From assembly GCA_965648915.1 (NCBI GenBank), contig CBFGIV010000010.1, forward strand, positions 1 through 62,341: 62,341 nt of DNA, read 5' to 3'. Below the pieces are notes generated by a model. The model was not told where the DNA came from. It was given only the letters and a program-made list of their open reading frames with translations, and ran no database searches. The position numbers and the translations under genes are program-made. This DNA comes from a candidate division WOR-3 bacterium (GTDB taxonomy: Bacteria; Hydrothermota; Tepidihabitantia; SM23-42; CAYGYG01). Positions 10,001-18,963 of the stretch are shown one piece after another. Positions within the stretch are counted from its first letter, which is position 1, and every line of letters begins with the position of its first letter.

Positions 10001-10290
10001 TCTTGGGGATGATAATATTCCCATCTCAATTCACGATTAGGCGTAAGACTGATGACAGTAAAATATGAAGCGAAGCTGCCTTCTGTTTTTGCGGTAGTAC
10101 CTGCAATATAAATATTCCCATCGTGGCCAATAACAACAGCATTTCCCAGACCGTTATGCCTGCCCTGTCCAGCCCCATCCTGGTGTTTATATACCCATAT
10201 CTCTTGTTGCGGAAAGCCTATCGAAGTTAAGATGAACAAGCCCAGCAACATAATGAAAAGGTTTTTGTTTATAATTAGCCATTTTTTCAT
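7084..10290 (-). CDS. Large secreted multi-beta-propeller protein with T9SS/FlgD-like CTD
   Basis: SD AGGAG; hydrophobic signal peptide; repeated YGxDxNIYxxG blades; CTD 'LYDITGRMV...LSNGVYFIKF...RKIIISR'. Confidence 0.85.
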   Translation of the reverse strand: MKKWLIINKNLFIMLLGLFILTSIGFPQQEIWVYKHQDGAGQGRHNGLGNAVVIGHDGNIYIAGTTAKTEGSFASYFTVISLTPNRELRWEYYHPQEHPIQASDNALSLVYGKDNRIYAVGKFLRANGDDDILVVCLDSKTGNNIWSKLLGTVSNDCGYSITYGEDGNIYICGQITGTPLYKFYVASLNRDGDIRWEYSIAGSGTGSNKALSIIYGPGEYIYVAGYLTNWNPPNGQLYDAVVMSLNTSGQLRWTYTYNPYNFDDSATCVIKGLDGKIYVTGSSSASYSSTYYDIFVSCIDTATGNLLWPRVFRWNGTGPSGHADGAARIIYGNDDNLYLCGSSDTTWSNSYRHADFYAMSLVKDNPTVPRWCYRYGPVNNKNDYAYSIAYGLDNNIYVVGQSAYTNSDAQYTLISLNKDNGNSRFIYLYPTPNPSSSYTHSAYDVVYGADASIYSCGYSYYFAVGRSCSLTVIKHGIPNCLGNGTTHPSQARHLVKDPFSPNLHMVFEYDNRIYYRLSTDNGTTWCGAEYLGRGRDPSIALAITHFFAMIPCVAYCDIDTANRLHYHWNETGTWQHAILPVPGANPCTPSMVAAGNTVFIAYELRWELGEQERPCIMCKHMIYNDPLTQVDELITGSDVGTPDQPSLAVDNNYGIHCAWHWYNGYDDDDIAYSYRDPNTGQWTPATKVREWPTDPSMHPFCEFYGDSVFVAWSEFRNNDWDVWRAARQHIIPPPSWQYCPVSNTPSFASESPTEAGREFVVWAEQISGNNYDIKYRRYKPDGNIEDGFVEQNTTYSYWPHSQWEFSSPITYLYTLRTEDNNSIYFKRQQFTDDTGDQGFYAVETGKQTISPYCTKRDGFITYPQCPVDIAKDELAYELSFLHPAYSYKIKAVVYHEGIAKTAKISLDGKEIAVYTFPQAKVETLTFWIPAEMYRQDHKVSLKMAKVNGDFVVMGPITVYQYAKKASAPGGGGSQSSVVSDLLKDTKLKVSPTISSRAFTIAYHLGATARVTIELYDITGRMVMPVLNRTQKTGDHRIPVDTGKLSNGVYFIKFDNSVKTETRKIIISR

Positions 10291-10366
10291 TTTAACTCCT
10301 TTTTTTGTTGAAGACCAATGTTACAGATTAGTTCCTGTGATACAAGTGTAACTCTTTTTTAAATCA

Positions 10367-10557
10367 TCATACACCTCCGGGTTGAGGGGCAAAAGAGTCT
10401 GAGAGTCCGGGAGTCGAAGGTCGAAATAGATTGAAGATGGAGAATGGAGAGTAAAAGATGGAAGATAGAGGATGGGGGATGGAAAAAGAAAAAAGGGCGA
10501 TTAGTGCGGTATTTGCTCTCGAGAGAGAGAGAGAGGTCTCAGCAAAAATTTAACCAT
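10367..10557 (-). other. Leader ORF region with (CT)7 tract and degenerate heptamer repeats
   Basis: ATG 10557 gives MVKFLLRPLSLSREQIPH*; (GA)7G at 10521-10535 on +; AAGATGG-like units ~10434-10482. Confidence 0.55.
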
Positions 10558-10666
10558 TTTAAGGACAGGGAAAAACCCTGTCCCTGAATTTCTGTTCAAT
10601 CTTCCTCCAATTAAGACTTACCAATCACAAAAATACATAATGTTATTATCCGCACAGGTCAAAAAT

Positions 10667-10704
10667 GAGATTGCCACGCCTGCCCCGAGCAGGCTCGCAA
10701 TGAC
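10667..10704. repeat. REP-like palindromic element GAGATTGCCACG...CTCGCAATGAC
   Basis: gagattgccacgcctgccccgagcaggctcgcaatgac; internal hairpin; resembles a widespread intergenic repeat type (from memory). Confidence 0.6.
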
Positions 10705-10742
10705 TAAAAAATTTCTGAACTATTCTCCTGACCGGATGCCCA

Positions 10743-10770
10743 ATTTTACTCATATATAAAATTCTGTCAA
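10743..10770 (-). promoter_or_regulatory. Sigma70-type promoter for the leader and the two CTD genes
   Basis: TTGACA-N16-TAAAAT on the minus strand. Confidence 0.65.
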
Positions 10771-11003
10771 TACAGAAAACTACTTATTTTTAAATAAGGG
10801 TTTTTACCTATATCAGAATTGAAATTTCCCCTCAAATCGGTGTTTAGTCGTTATAAGGTTATGAGAGGCAAATCTTCACTTTGTGCAAGTCCGCTTTTCA
10901 TCAAGATCCATTATTAGGAATAACCCTTGCCTGTGCATAGCACCTGTCTGCGTCCTGTTGCACAGGCAGGAGAATAGATTTTCTTCCTAAATATCGGAAG
11001 TTT

Positions 11004-11080
11004 CTATTCAATTACAACTTCTTCCTTATAATTATCTTTTCCTCACTCCCGACTCACACAAAATAGACACCGGGATTAAG
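11004..11080 (-). pseudogene. Relic 3' end of a CTD gene paralogous to 5254..7029
   Basis: Reads LNPGVYFV*VGSEEKIII...VIE* with a stop and a frameshift; 10941-11079 aligns with 5190-5329. Confidence 0.75.
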
Positions 11081-11350
11081 CACAATGGTTCTGGAGCGTC
11101 CATCTGAAGATGGACGCAGATTTCTTCTGTCCAGATAAATCTGGATGCTCCATTAAATCTTATCGGACAGATCCAGGCTCTGCTGCTACATTTTTGCACA
11201 ACCTTCCTCCAGTTAAATCCGTCGCTAAATTTTTTAAAACTTTCCGATCCTGTCTTGAGTATCGATGGAAATATTAAATTTGGTAGTGGTTTTTCAAGAT
11301 TAAAAACCTTTTGTCCAATGTCCAGATCTGACACCGGACAAGCAGGGAGG

Positions 11351-12724
11351 TTATTTCTGAACCCTCAAGGTGTTAAGGATTAAATCCTTATAGAGCACAA
11401 CCCGTCTGAGAGCATAATCGCCCATCAGCTGGAGAGCCTCAATTGCCGGATAGGCCTCTTTTTCTTTGACCCGGGCCAGAAAGATAAGGCTGATCAACCG
11501 GGCGATTGTGGCGAAGATGAACATCAGGTGATAATTGATAAGGGTAAAGCCAATAAAATGAATTTTTATTGGTGATAGAGTCTGGGCAATAAAACCGCCT
11601 AAGGTTGAAGCGATAAAGCCGAAGATACCTGAGACGGTCGAGAAGACCGCAAAATAGCCCTCTTTCATCTTTGCCTCTTCAGTAAGGCTAAAGATGATAT
11701 TGAAAAGGCTGATATTGATTCCTGACCAGAAGACCCCGGTCAAAAAGGCATCGATCCAGATGGGCAGGAGAAAATCTTTTCGGGCAAAGATCCAGATCGT
11801 CGGGAGAAAGGCAGCAAAGAAGAAGTTGATTGTCAGCACCGGTTTGGACTTGAACCGATCGACCGCCTTGCCCCAGAGAACCTGGAAGAGAAGAGAAGCG
11901 ACACCCGCCAGGATAGAATAGAAGGCAATGGTTGAATATGACATCTGAAGATTGGTCAGCATATGGACAAGATAGAAGGGCGAAGCGATGCCGGCCAGAA
12001 GATACCAGAATGAGATGAATTTTAAGAGACTTAAGAAATTTTTGTCCTCAAGCGGGGTTAAAAATATTTTTTTAAACTGAGGGGACTCTTTCTCGATCGG
12101 CGGCTCGGGCTGTTTACTTAAAACCCCGGCGGCGATGGTTGATGAGACAGAGGCACCGGTGAAGAGCAATCCCAGCCCACGCCCCGGGGCATCGAGTAAT
12201 TTATAAAAATCGAGAATACGACCACCGATCACATTCGTTGCCATACTAACAATGTTGAGGATTGTATTCCGTAAACCAAAATAGCGACCTCGGATCTCTC
12301 TGGGGACAAGATCGCTCATCCAGGAAAGCCAGGCATTACCTGAGAGATTCATAAAAATATTGTGGATGATGATTAGGGAAAAGAAGAGTCCGTGACCGAT
12401 TTTTAAATTTAAGATCAACAATAGACCGAAAATAAAGAATATACCCCGGCCCAGGCCCGAGAGCAGAACGCAGAGCGTTCGCCGGCTTTTCAGTATTTTG
12501 ATCAAATAGATCGAAAAGAAAGCAAAACCGGTGAAAAAGGCAGGGATGGCTGAGAGGAGACCGATACCGATATTATTTAACCCGATAAAAAGTGCGAAAC
12601 TGGTCAGAAACATTCCTGCAGTCAGATTGATGTGGATCTGGGCAAAGATACCCTCAATAATTGAAATTCTTAGACCGCCATGCATCGATTTCAGGTCTGA
12701 AAAAGGTTGTCTCATAGACATCAA
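11351..12724 (-). CDS. MFS transporter
   Basis: About 12 hydrophobic segments; WMSDLVPREIRGRYFG and WGKAVDRF loop motifs. Confidence 0.85.
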   Translation of the reverse strand: MMSMRQPFSDLKSMHGGLRISIIEGIFAQIHINLTAGMFLTSFALFIGLNNIGIGLLSAIPAFFTGFAFFSIYLIKILKSRRTLCVLLSGLGRGIFFIFGLLLILNLKIGHGLFFSLIIIHNIFMNLSGNAWLSWMSDLVPREIRGRYFGLRNTILNIVSMATNVIGGRILDFYKLLDAPGRGLGLLFTGASVSSTIAAGVLSKQPEPPIEKESPQFKKIFLTPLEDKNFLSLLKFISFWYLLAGIASPFYLVHMLTNLQMSYSTIAFYSILAGVASLLFQVLWGKAVDRFKSKPVLTINFFFAAFLPTIWIFARKDFLLPIWIDAFLTGVFWSGINISLFNIIFSLTEEAKMKEGYFAVFSTVSGIFGFIASTLGGFIAQTLSPIKIHFIGFTLINYHLMFIFATIARLISLIFLARVKEKEAYPAIEALQLMGDYALRRVVLYKDLILNTLRVQK

Positions 12725-12755
12725 TCAGTCTTTTCTATGGGTCGAATGCGAGGTC

Positions 12756-12950
12756 TTATCTTCGGCGGTTTTTTATGCTTTGGCGCTGAATTGGTCTGGC
12801 TTCTTCGATTAACATTACCGGGATATCATCCTCAATTCGATAAGAGAGGAGACACTTAAAACAGAGCAGGGTCTCTTTCTTTCTGTCATACTTAAGATTG
12901 CCATGACATTTGGGGCAGGCGAGAATTTTTAGTAGTTCTTTTGAGACCAT
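12756..12950 (-). CDS. Trm112-like (UPF0434/YcaR) small protein
   Basis: LLKILACPKCHG...C..C...YRIEDDIPVML. Confidence 0.9.
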   Translation of the reverse strand: MVSKELLKILACPKCHGNLKYDRKKETLLCFKCLLSYRIEDDIPVMLIEEARPIQRQSIKNRRR

Positions 12951-14437
12951 ACTTCTAAGGATTCATTCTGGATCAATTCAATTTCTCGCGTTGATGAAAA
13001 ACCGAGGTAAAGAAAACCATAGGCGTATAAGAAGAGGAAAGGTGCAAGGATTAACTGTTCGTTAACGAGGACATAGAGAAAGGAGAAGAAGAGATAGAGA
13101 CCACAAATAATTTCAACGTAAGGGATGAAGGACGTGTTGAAACTGTAACTGTTCTTATTAAAATTTCTTTTATCCTTTAAATCAATGCCAAATTTTGGCG
13201 TCCGGGTGAAGACGAATTTCTTCCTGGAGAATCCTTCAAAGACCGCTTTGGTATTGGAAAGGCTTATCCCGGTACAGAGGGCAATAATAAAAGGTATACG
13301 AGTAATGTTTTTAGGCCAATTTTTATAAAGTTCTTTCTGCGACAGACAGTAGAGGATTGGATAACCGAAGATGCCCAGACCGAAGAAGGATGCAAATAAG
13401 TAATAGGAAGGGGGAACGATCAATTCGATTTTGAAAAAGATTATCGGCAATGTTAACAGGGCAACGGTTAGGAGTGCAGGATAGATGAGATGACAGGTCA
13501 GATGGACGGTCGCTTCGTATTTCACCAATAGTGGGAGATCGGCCTTCAATATTCTGGGCAGGAGTTTCCGGGCAACTTGAATTGTCCCTTTTGCCCAGCG
13601 GTTTTGCTGGGTGCGGTAACTGTCGGCATCGACCGGGATTTCGCCTTCAACCGCAACATCGGGCCTGAAGACAATCTGCCAGTTCTTTATCTGGGCGCGA
13701 TAGGAGAGGTCGAGATCTTCAGCCAGGGTATCTGCCTGCCAGCCGCCCGCATCGATTATCGCCGCCTTACGCCAGATACCACAGGTTCCATTAAAGTTTA
13801 TGAAATATTTAGCCTGGGAGCGGATATTCTGTTCGACAACAAAGTGGCCGTCGAGCGAAATCGCCTGGGCCATTGTAAAGAATGAATAGGTAGAATTTAA
13901 GTGCCCCCAGCGTGCCTGGACTGACGCAACACGCGGGTTGTCAAATTCATCGATCAATCTGAGCAGAAAATCTTCCGGAATAACAAAATCGGCATCAAAG
14001 ATGGCGATGAATTCACCCCGGGCAGATTCCAGGCCGTACTGGAGAGCACCAGCCTTAAACCCGGCCCTTGAGCCCCGGCGGATATGGTGGATATTGATGC
14101 CGAGGCCCTGATATTTGCGGACTAAATTGGCAACAATCAAAACTGTCTCGTCGTCAGAATCATCAAGAATCTGAATTTCAAACTTATCCCTGGGATATTT
14201 AATCGCACAACAACTTTCAATCAGTCGGCGGACAACAAATTTTTCATTATAGATTGGTAACTGAAAGGTGACAACCGGTAATTTGTCAGCGGTTTTATTG
14301 GTTATCGAGGTTTTCGGATTTTTAATCTTACGATGGTCTTTAATGAAGTGATAGAGCATCAAATAGGAGTGGAAGGCATAGATCAGGAGTAAAAATAAGA
14401 GAAGGGTGTAGAGGACAACGATTATACTGACCAGCAT
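12929..14437 (-). CDS. Membrane GT2 glycosyltransferase (cellulose-synthase-like)
   Basis: QLPIYNE, DDSDD, GFKAGAL, FDADF, EDLDL, QQNRW (D,D,D,QxxRW) plus TM helices. Confidence 0.9.
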   Translation of the reverse strand: MLVSIIVVLYTLLLFLLLIYAFHSYLMLYHFIKDHRKIKNPKTSITNKTADKLPVVTFQLPIYNEKFVVRRLIESCCAIKYPRDKFEIQILDDSDDETVLIVANLVRKYQGLGINIHHIRRGSRAGFKAGALQYGLESARGEFIAIFDADFVIPEDFLLRLIDEFDNPRVASVQARWGHLNSTYSFFTMAQAISLDGHFVVEQNIRSQAKYFINFNGTCGIWRKAAIIDAGGWQADTLAEDLDLSYRAQIKNWQIVFRPDVAVEGEIPVDADSYRTQQNRWAKGTIQVARKLLPRILKADLPLLVKYEATVHLTCHLIYPALLTVALLTLPIIFFKIELIVPPSYYLFASFFGLGIFGYPILYCLSQKELYKNWPKNITRIPFIIALCTGISLSNTKAVFEGFSRKKFVFTRTPKFGIDLKDKRNFNKNSYSFNTSFIPYVEIICGLYLFFSFLYVLVNEQLILAPFLFLYAYGFLYLGFSSTREIELIQNESLEVWSQKNY

Positions 14438-15555
14438 TACTTTACCTCACTGATGATTAAAGGACTAATCTGCCCGGATAAAATCTGGGCTGAGATGATT
14501 AATGCCTGAAGGTATTCCATTTTTATGGGAAAATTAAGTCTATCGAGATTTTTCGATCTGTCAATATTATCTTTGCGTGCATAAATTTTTTTGTCGATCA
14601 CGAGGACGACCGGGCCAGGGATCTTATGTTTTTTGTAGAGCGTTAACTGGATATAAGGTTCGGAATAATCATTAAATTTGACCGAAACATTTTTGATATC
14701 ATCAGATGAAAGAATCTTTTTGTCAGGGACAACCTGACCAGCCGCATCCTTCAGCGATTCATCAATCGTATAGACACCGGCTTGCCCCGGAGCGAGTATT
14801 TCGAGGAGGAGGGATTTACTGATTACCTCGGGAACATCAAGAACCAAACCCCGGGCAGTATGGTTCAGGGTGTGAATGATTTGCATAAGGGAGAGACGGG
14901 TTTTGATTCTAATTTCGTCCTTTAAGGAATCGGTCAGAAGGAGGTATTTTTTAGTATTCGGGACGGGTTGGTTAATGGTGAAGGGATGGTTGAATTTATC
15001 AAGTTTGACCTGCCAGGAGACGGATGAGTCGGTTGAGATTGCATAGATATAAGTGGGGAGATAGGTGCGATGGTCGATTGCGAGGATTGAGATGAATTGT
15101 TTCTTCATCAAGGGATCAAGATGGGGAAGATTTGGTTTAAAGTTGTATAAATAGCGATCAGCCTCGCTTCTTAAAAACTCAAATTGGTCCCGCTTCAATA
15201 CCCGTTCAATCTGAACCAGGATATTACTCTCTTCACCCCGACTGTGTGGTTCCCAGTTGCCATCCTTTTTTTCGTACTGGGTATTGTAAAGGGCGATAAT
15301 CTCGGTTGCTAATGTTTCCGCAGGATAACGCCAGATGCTCCGGACTGACTCAGCCTGACCGACAAGGCATTCGCCATTAAATTCAGCCTCAACCTGAGGT
15401 GTTCGTAATCGACACTCATAGGAAAATGATTTTTGATAAGAGAGTTTACCGATACCTTCATAAACAATCTTATTAAAATCCGGCCTGGTAACCGGACGAA
15501 GAGGATGACAGGCGGTGATCAGGGGTAGAAGCCAGAAAAGTTTTTTTATTAACAA
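14437..15555 (-). CDS. Putative lipoprotein; C-terminal part resembles the SecD periplasmic P1 domain
   Basis: Likely start TTG 15555 after GAGGA; lipobox-like LLPLITAC; ILSSDDIKNVSVKF...PYIQLTL...VLVID...QALIISAQILSG. Confidence 0.55.
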   Translation of the reverse strand: MLIKKLFWLLPLITACHPLRPVTRPDFNKIVYEGIGKLSYQKSFSYECRLRTPQVEAEFNGECLVGQAESVRSIWRYPAETLATEIIALYNTQYEKKDGNWEPHSRGEESNILVQIERVLKRDQFEFLRSEADRYLYNFKPNLPHLDPLMKKQFISILAIDHRTYLPTYIYAISTDSSVSWQVKLDKFNHPFTINQPVPNTKKYLLLTDSLKDEIRIKTRLSLMQIIHTLNHTARGLVLDVPEVISKSLLLEILAPGQAGVYTIDESLKDAAGQVVPDKKILSSDDIKNVSVKFNDYSEPYIQLTLYKKHKIPGPVVLVIDKKIYARKDNIDRSKNLDRLNFPIKMEYLQALIISAQILSGQISPLIISEVK

Positions 15556-15572
15556 ATTTCCTCGGACTGTTC

Positions 15573-18347
15573 TTAGAACTCGGGGCCGATTGTAAACCAT
15601 ATCTTCCATTCAGGGTCAAGGGTGTAGAGGTCAAATTTTCGGGCAAAGTCAAATTTAAAGATAAGGAAGAAGAGATTTGCCCGGAGACCAAAGCCGACAT
15701 CCATCTTCAGGTCCTTGAGTCGAAACCAGTTTTCTTTTCTTTCGTATAATTGGAAAGAGTCAGTATAGACCCCACCCAGATCGCTGAACAGACATCCCCG
15801 GATATTTTTTATCTCAATTGGTAAAGGAAATGCAATCTTGAGGCGGTCGATAAAAGGATGGCGTAATTCAAGATTGGCAAAGCCAATTCTGGAACCGTAG
15901 AGGTCGTAAAAATCGTATGCCCGCAATTGTGATGGTCCGCCAAATGACCAGATTTCCGCATCTCGACCATAACTCCTGGCGAGGACGGTGCGACAGACAA
16001 AACTGTATCTTGGTGAGATTCCGAAATATCTCCGGAAGTCGATGAAGGCACTTAAAAAATCGAGATTGGTAAAGGCAGTTTTATAGGATTCGAGTCGAAT
16101 CCGCATTCCATTCCTCGGTCCAAAATCGGACCACTGCGCATTGTCGAAGACCAGGGCAATATCCGGATAGGTAACAAAATTTTTCTCAACTGTGTATAAG
16201 GTGTCGATCAGATCCCGGAAGAAGTCGATATAACGGGTGTCTTCGAGCATAAATCCAACCAGTCCAAACTCGGTGCGTAGGAATTTGGTCAGTGGATACT
16301 GAGCAATGATTGAACCACCGAGATAGCGCCGGGCTAAGAGGTCAAAACCGCTTCGGTAATAATAAGAAAGTTGAAAGAGCGAAAGTCCATAATCGGCTCG
16401 CTGGGGAATATACCAGTAGTTCACCATTATATCTGAGGTCTTGATATTACCCCAGAGGTCGGTGTAGAAATAGATCCGGTGATTGCCCAAGACATCACTC
16501 AGGGCAATGTTACTTGTGCCGGTAACACCAAAGAACGACGCGTAGCCGATTGAGCCGGTAAGGTAATCAAAAGAGAATCGGGGTCGATATTTTGTCACCT
16601 TAGTCTGGTCGAGTTCCTCTTCGCCGAATTGGGCATACTCCTTCTCAATTATCCGGGTAGTATCGACCGATTCCAGTTTGCTGATGATATTCTTTGCGAT
16701 CCATACATCATAACTCATCTCGTTAAGATAGGCAAAGGCAGTCCTCAGACCATCGCGGGAGATCGAGGGGTAGGTTATCGATGTCAGGATATCGGTTCGT
16801 TTTATGATACGATTCTCTTCAATCGAAAATAGATATAGATTATGGGCCTGGTCAAAGTCGGCAACAAAAAAGATATACGGTTCGACTGGATGATAGAAGG
16901 GGAAGGCCAGAAAACTTGAACGGGGTGTGATCCGTCTTAAATTGCCCGGTGTGTAAACAAATAGTGCATAGGAACCATATTTGTATTCACCGCTGTCGGG
17001 TCGGTCGGAGACAAAGACAATCGAATTTCCATCCGGCGACCAATCGGGATCTCGATCGTCGTAGAGATCATCGGTCAACTGATGGAGATGGCCATCGTTT
17101 AATGAAACTGTATAAAGATCTGCGTGGCCATCAGTTAGACCAACAAATGTGACCTGTCTCCCATCGGGTGAAAATTTAGGCGAATAGAGCCCCTGTAATT
17201 CTTTAAAAACAAATTTTTTGTAAACCTTACCCGACTGTGTTTCGACAAGGTATAAAACATCACTCCCCTGACTCTTGGCAGCAAAAGTGATTATCTTTTC
17301 ATCTGGTGACCAGGAGATTCCGCCCCGGTAGAGATGCATCGACTCATAGCCAGATGAATATTCACCGCTGATAAGTCTCTTGAGGATCGAACCGTCGATC
17401 GCCGAGACAATGAATATGGCAGTGGTTCCAATCCGGTCTGATATCAATGCCAGGCGGTCACCTTTGGGTGAGATGGCGACTGAGGTGTTATAGACCGAAC
17501 CGAATTTCTGGGCTGAGATCAGACGCTGCCCGTAATTGGTCAAATTGGTCTTGAGTTTAATTCTCGGCCAGTACTGGAGTTGGTAATACTCGAGCCAGTT
17601 TTTGGAAAAGTCGTTGAGGCCAACACCAAAGACTGCCCGGCAGGCATCATCCACATTCTTTTTGGCTTTAAGGCTATGAATAAATGACCCAATCTTTTTT
17701 CGTCCGTAACGCACCGCAATATAGTTGTAGAACGACTGACCCTCTTTATAGATGATATAGCCACCGTAGGAGCCAAGTCGATCCAGTGAAATAACTTTCT
17801 GACTGACAACCAGATCCCGGAGATAGATATCGGCATTCAGATCCCAATCAAGGGATTCGAATTCAGCCAGGCCTTCCATTACCCAGAGAGGAATATTGAA
17901 GAGAAGATCGGCGGAGAGGATCGACTGCATCCGTGCGCCAAAGAAGATTGCAAATTCGAAGACATGGGTAAGTTCATGGACCAGAACATGGCGGAAATTT
18001 TCATAAGAGCCGTCAAAAGGGACGACAACCCGATTTTTGAATATCTCGGTAAAACCACCGACCGACTCCTCGATCAGTTCGAGCGTTACATTGGTCTGGG
18101 CAAATTCGTTGGGTGAATTGTAGATGATTACCGGGATCTCGAAGTTGATATCGGTGGCGAGGTCTTCTCTTAATTTCTGATATCCGTCTTCGAGGACGGT
18201 CCGGGCAAAGGCGGCCAGTTTTTCTTCACCTTCGTAAAAATAGATCTGAAAGTGTTCGGTCTTGAGCACAGAAAACTTAAAATCCTTATACTGGATTTTG
18301 TTCTGACCAAAATATTGAGCGATAAGGAATATAAGGAGAATTTTCAT
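15573..18347 (-). CDS. Omp85/BamA-superfamily protein with N-terminal HExxH peptidase-like domain and TolB/PD40 propeller
   Basis: HELTH; SWSPD, FSPDG, WSPDG repeats; LRAYDF lid-like loop; C-terminal aromatic beta strands ending F; start moved to ATG 18347. Confidence 0.85.
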   Translation of the reverse strand: MKILLIFLIAQYFGQNKIQYKDFKFSVLKTEHFQIYFYEGEEKLAAFARTVLEDGYQKLREDLATDINFEIPVIIYNSPNEFAQTNVTLELIEESVGGFTEIFKNRVVVPFDGSYENFRHVLVHELTHVFEFAIFFGARMQSILSADLLFNIPLWVMEGLAEFESLDWDLNADIYLRDLVVSQKVISLDRLGSYGGYIIYKEGQSFYNYIAVRYGRKKIGSFIHSLKAKKNVDDACRAVFGVGLNDFSKNWLEYYQLQYWPRIKLKTNLTNYGQRLISAQKFGSVYNTSVAISPKGDRLALISDRIGTTAIFIVSAIDGSILKRLISGEYSSGYESMHLYRGGISWSPDEKIITFAAKSQGSDVLYLVETQSGKVYKKFVFKELQGLYSPKFSPDGRQVTFVGLTDGHADLYTVSLNDGHLHQLTDDLYDDRDPDWSPDGNSIVFVSDRPDSGEYKYGSYALFVYTPGNLRRITPRSSFLAFPFYHPVEPYIFFVADFDQAHNLYLFSIEENRIIKRTDILTSITYPSISRDGLRTAFAYLNEMSYDVWIAKNIISKLESVDTTRIIEKEYAQFGEEELDQTKVTKYRPRFSFDYLTGSIGYASFFGVTGTSNIALSDVLGNHRIYFYTDLWGNIKTSDIMVNYWYIPQRADYGLSLFQLSYYYRSGFDLLARRYLGGSIIAQYPLTKFLRTEFGLVGFMLEDTRYIDFFRDLIDTLYTVEKNFVTYPDIALVFDNAQWSDFGPRNGMRIRLESYKTAFTNLDFLSAFIDFRRYFGISPRYSFVCRTVLARSYGRDAEIWSFGGPSQLRAYDFYDLYGSRIGFANLELRHPFIDRLKIAFPLPIEIKNIRGCLFSDLGGVYTDSFQLYERKENWFRLKDLKMDVGFGLRANLFFLIFKFDFARKFDLYTLDPEWKIWFTIGPEF

Positions 18348-18360
18348 TTTAATCCGTGCA

Positions 18361-18389
18361 ATTATACCCCATTTTTGAATGTAAGTCAA
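18361..18389 (-). promoter_or_regulatory. Promoter of the Omp85 operon
   Basis: TTGACT-N17-TATAAT, 13 nt before ATG 18347. Confidence 0.65.
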
Positions 18390-18518
18390 GAAAGAGCTGA
18401 TTGTGGTATCGATATGCTCAAGAAACAGTGAACGATTAGAATTTTGAACATCCAGGGCAGATGGATATTGATAGGTCTCGGACAGTGTTTGCGGATTTAA
18501 AAAAGGTATAAAAAGTTC

Positions 18519-18546
18519 TTGACTTTTTTTAAATTATGTTTATGAT
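18519..18546 (+). promoter_or_regulatory. Divergent sigma70-type promoter
   Basis: TTGACT-N16-TATGAT. Confidence 0.55.
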
Positions 18547-18639
18547 TTAGTTAGTTTAGGGTTCTACGCTCTATACCAGATGGTTAAGCGCTATAAATTA
18601 TAATAGATAGACTAGGTGTAATGTAATGGGGAGGTAATT

Positions 18640-18855
18640 ATAAACCTTTATATACTGTTTCTCGTCTTAGTGGCGGCAGGATCGGTAAACTTGGTTCTGG
18701 CACAGGGACGGATCGGAGTTAGGTTTCATATATCCACGAAATGGATTAAATCTTTTGCCCTTAGCCCTGTGCACCATACTCATTGTGGTTACATGGGATG
18801 GTACCGACGAACTCGGGAAGAGACTTCCAGCCGGTGCCTATTTTGTGAGACTTGA
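18640..18855 (+). pseudogene. Possible decayed secreted-protein gene
   Basis: GGAGGT then ATA (not ATG) opening INLYILFLVLVAAGSVNLVLA-QG, a signal-peptide-like stretch, then an early stop. Confidence 0.35.
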
Positions 18856-18963
18856 GGCTGTGGAAAATAATTATACAAGAAAGGTTCTGTTATTAAAATA
18901 GGTAGGGGGTCAGGTTGAGGGTTAGATCAAATATTGACCACACAAATTACAAGGAGGTGTACC

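Noticed and set aside
10395..10540. CRISPR array
   Set aside because: Only 7-nt and 2-nt tandem units, no spacers, no cas genes
10941..11080. DGR template/variable repeat pair with 5190-5329
   Set aside because: Mismatches are not adenine-specific, include indels, and no reverse transcriptase is in the window
11032..11334. 100-aa ORF, and the similar-starting ORF 1354..1653
   Set aside because: Shared start derives from a repeat element; no protein-like features
15573..18347. bamA
   Set aside because: No POTRA domains; N-terminus is peptidase-like plus propeller
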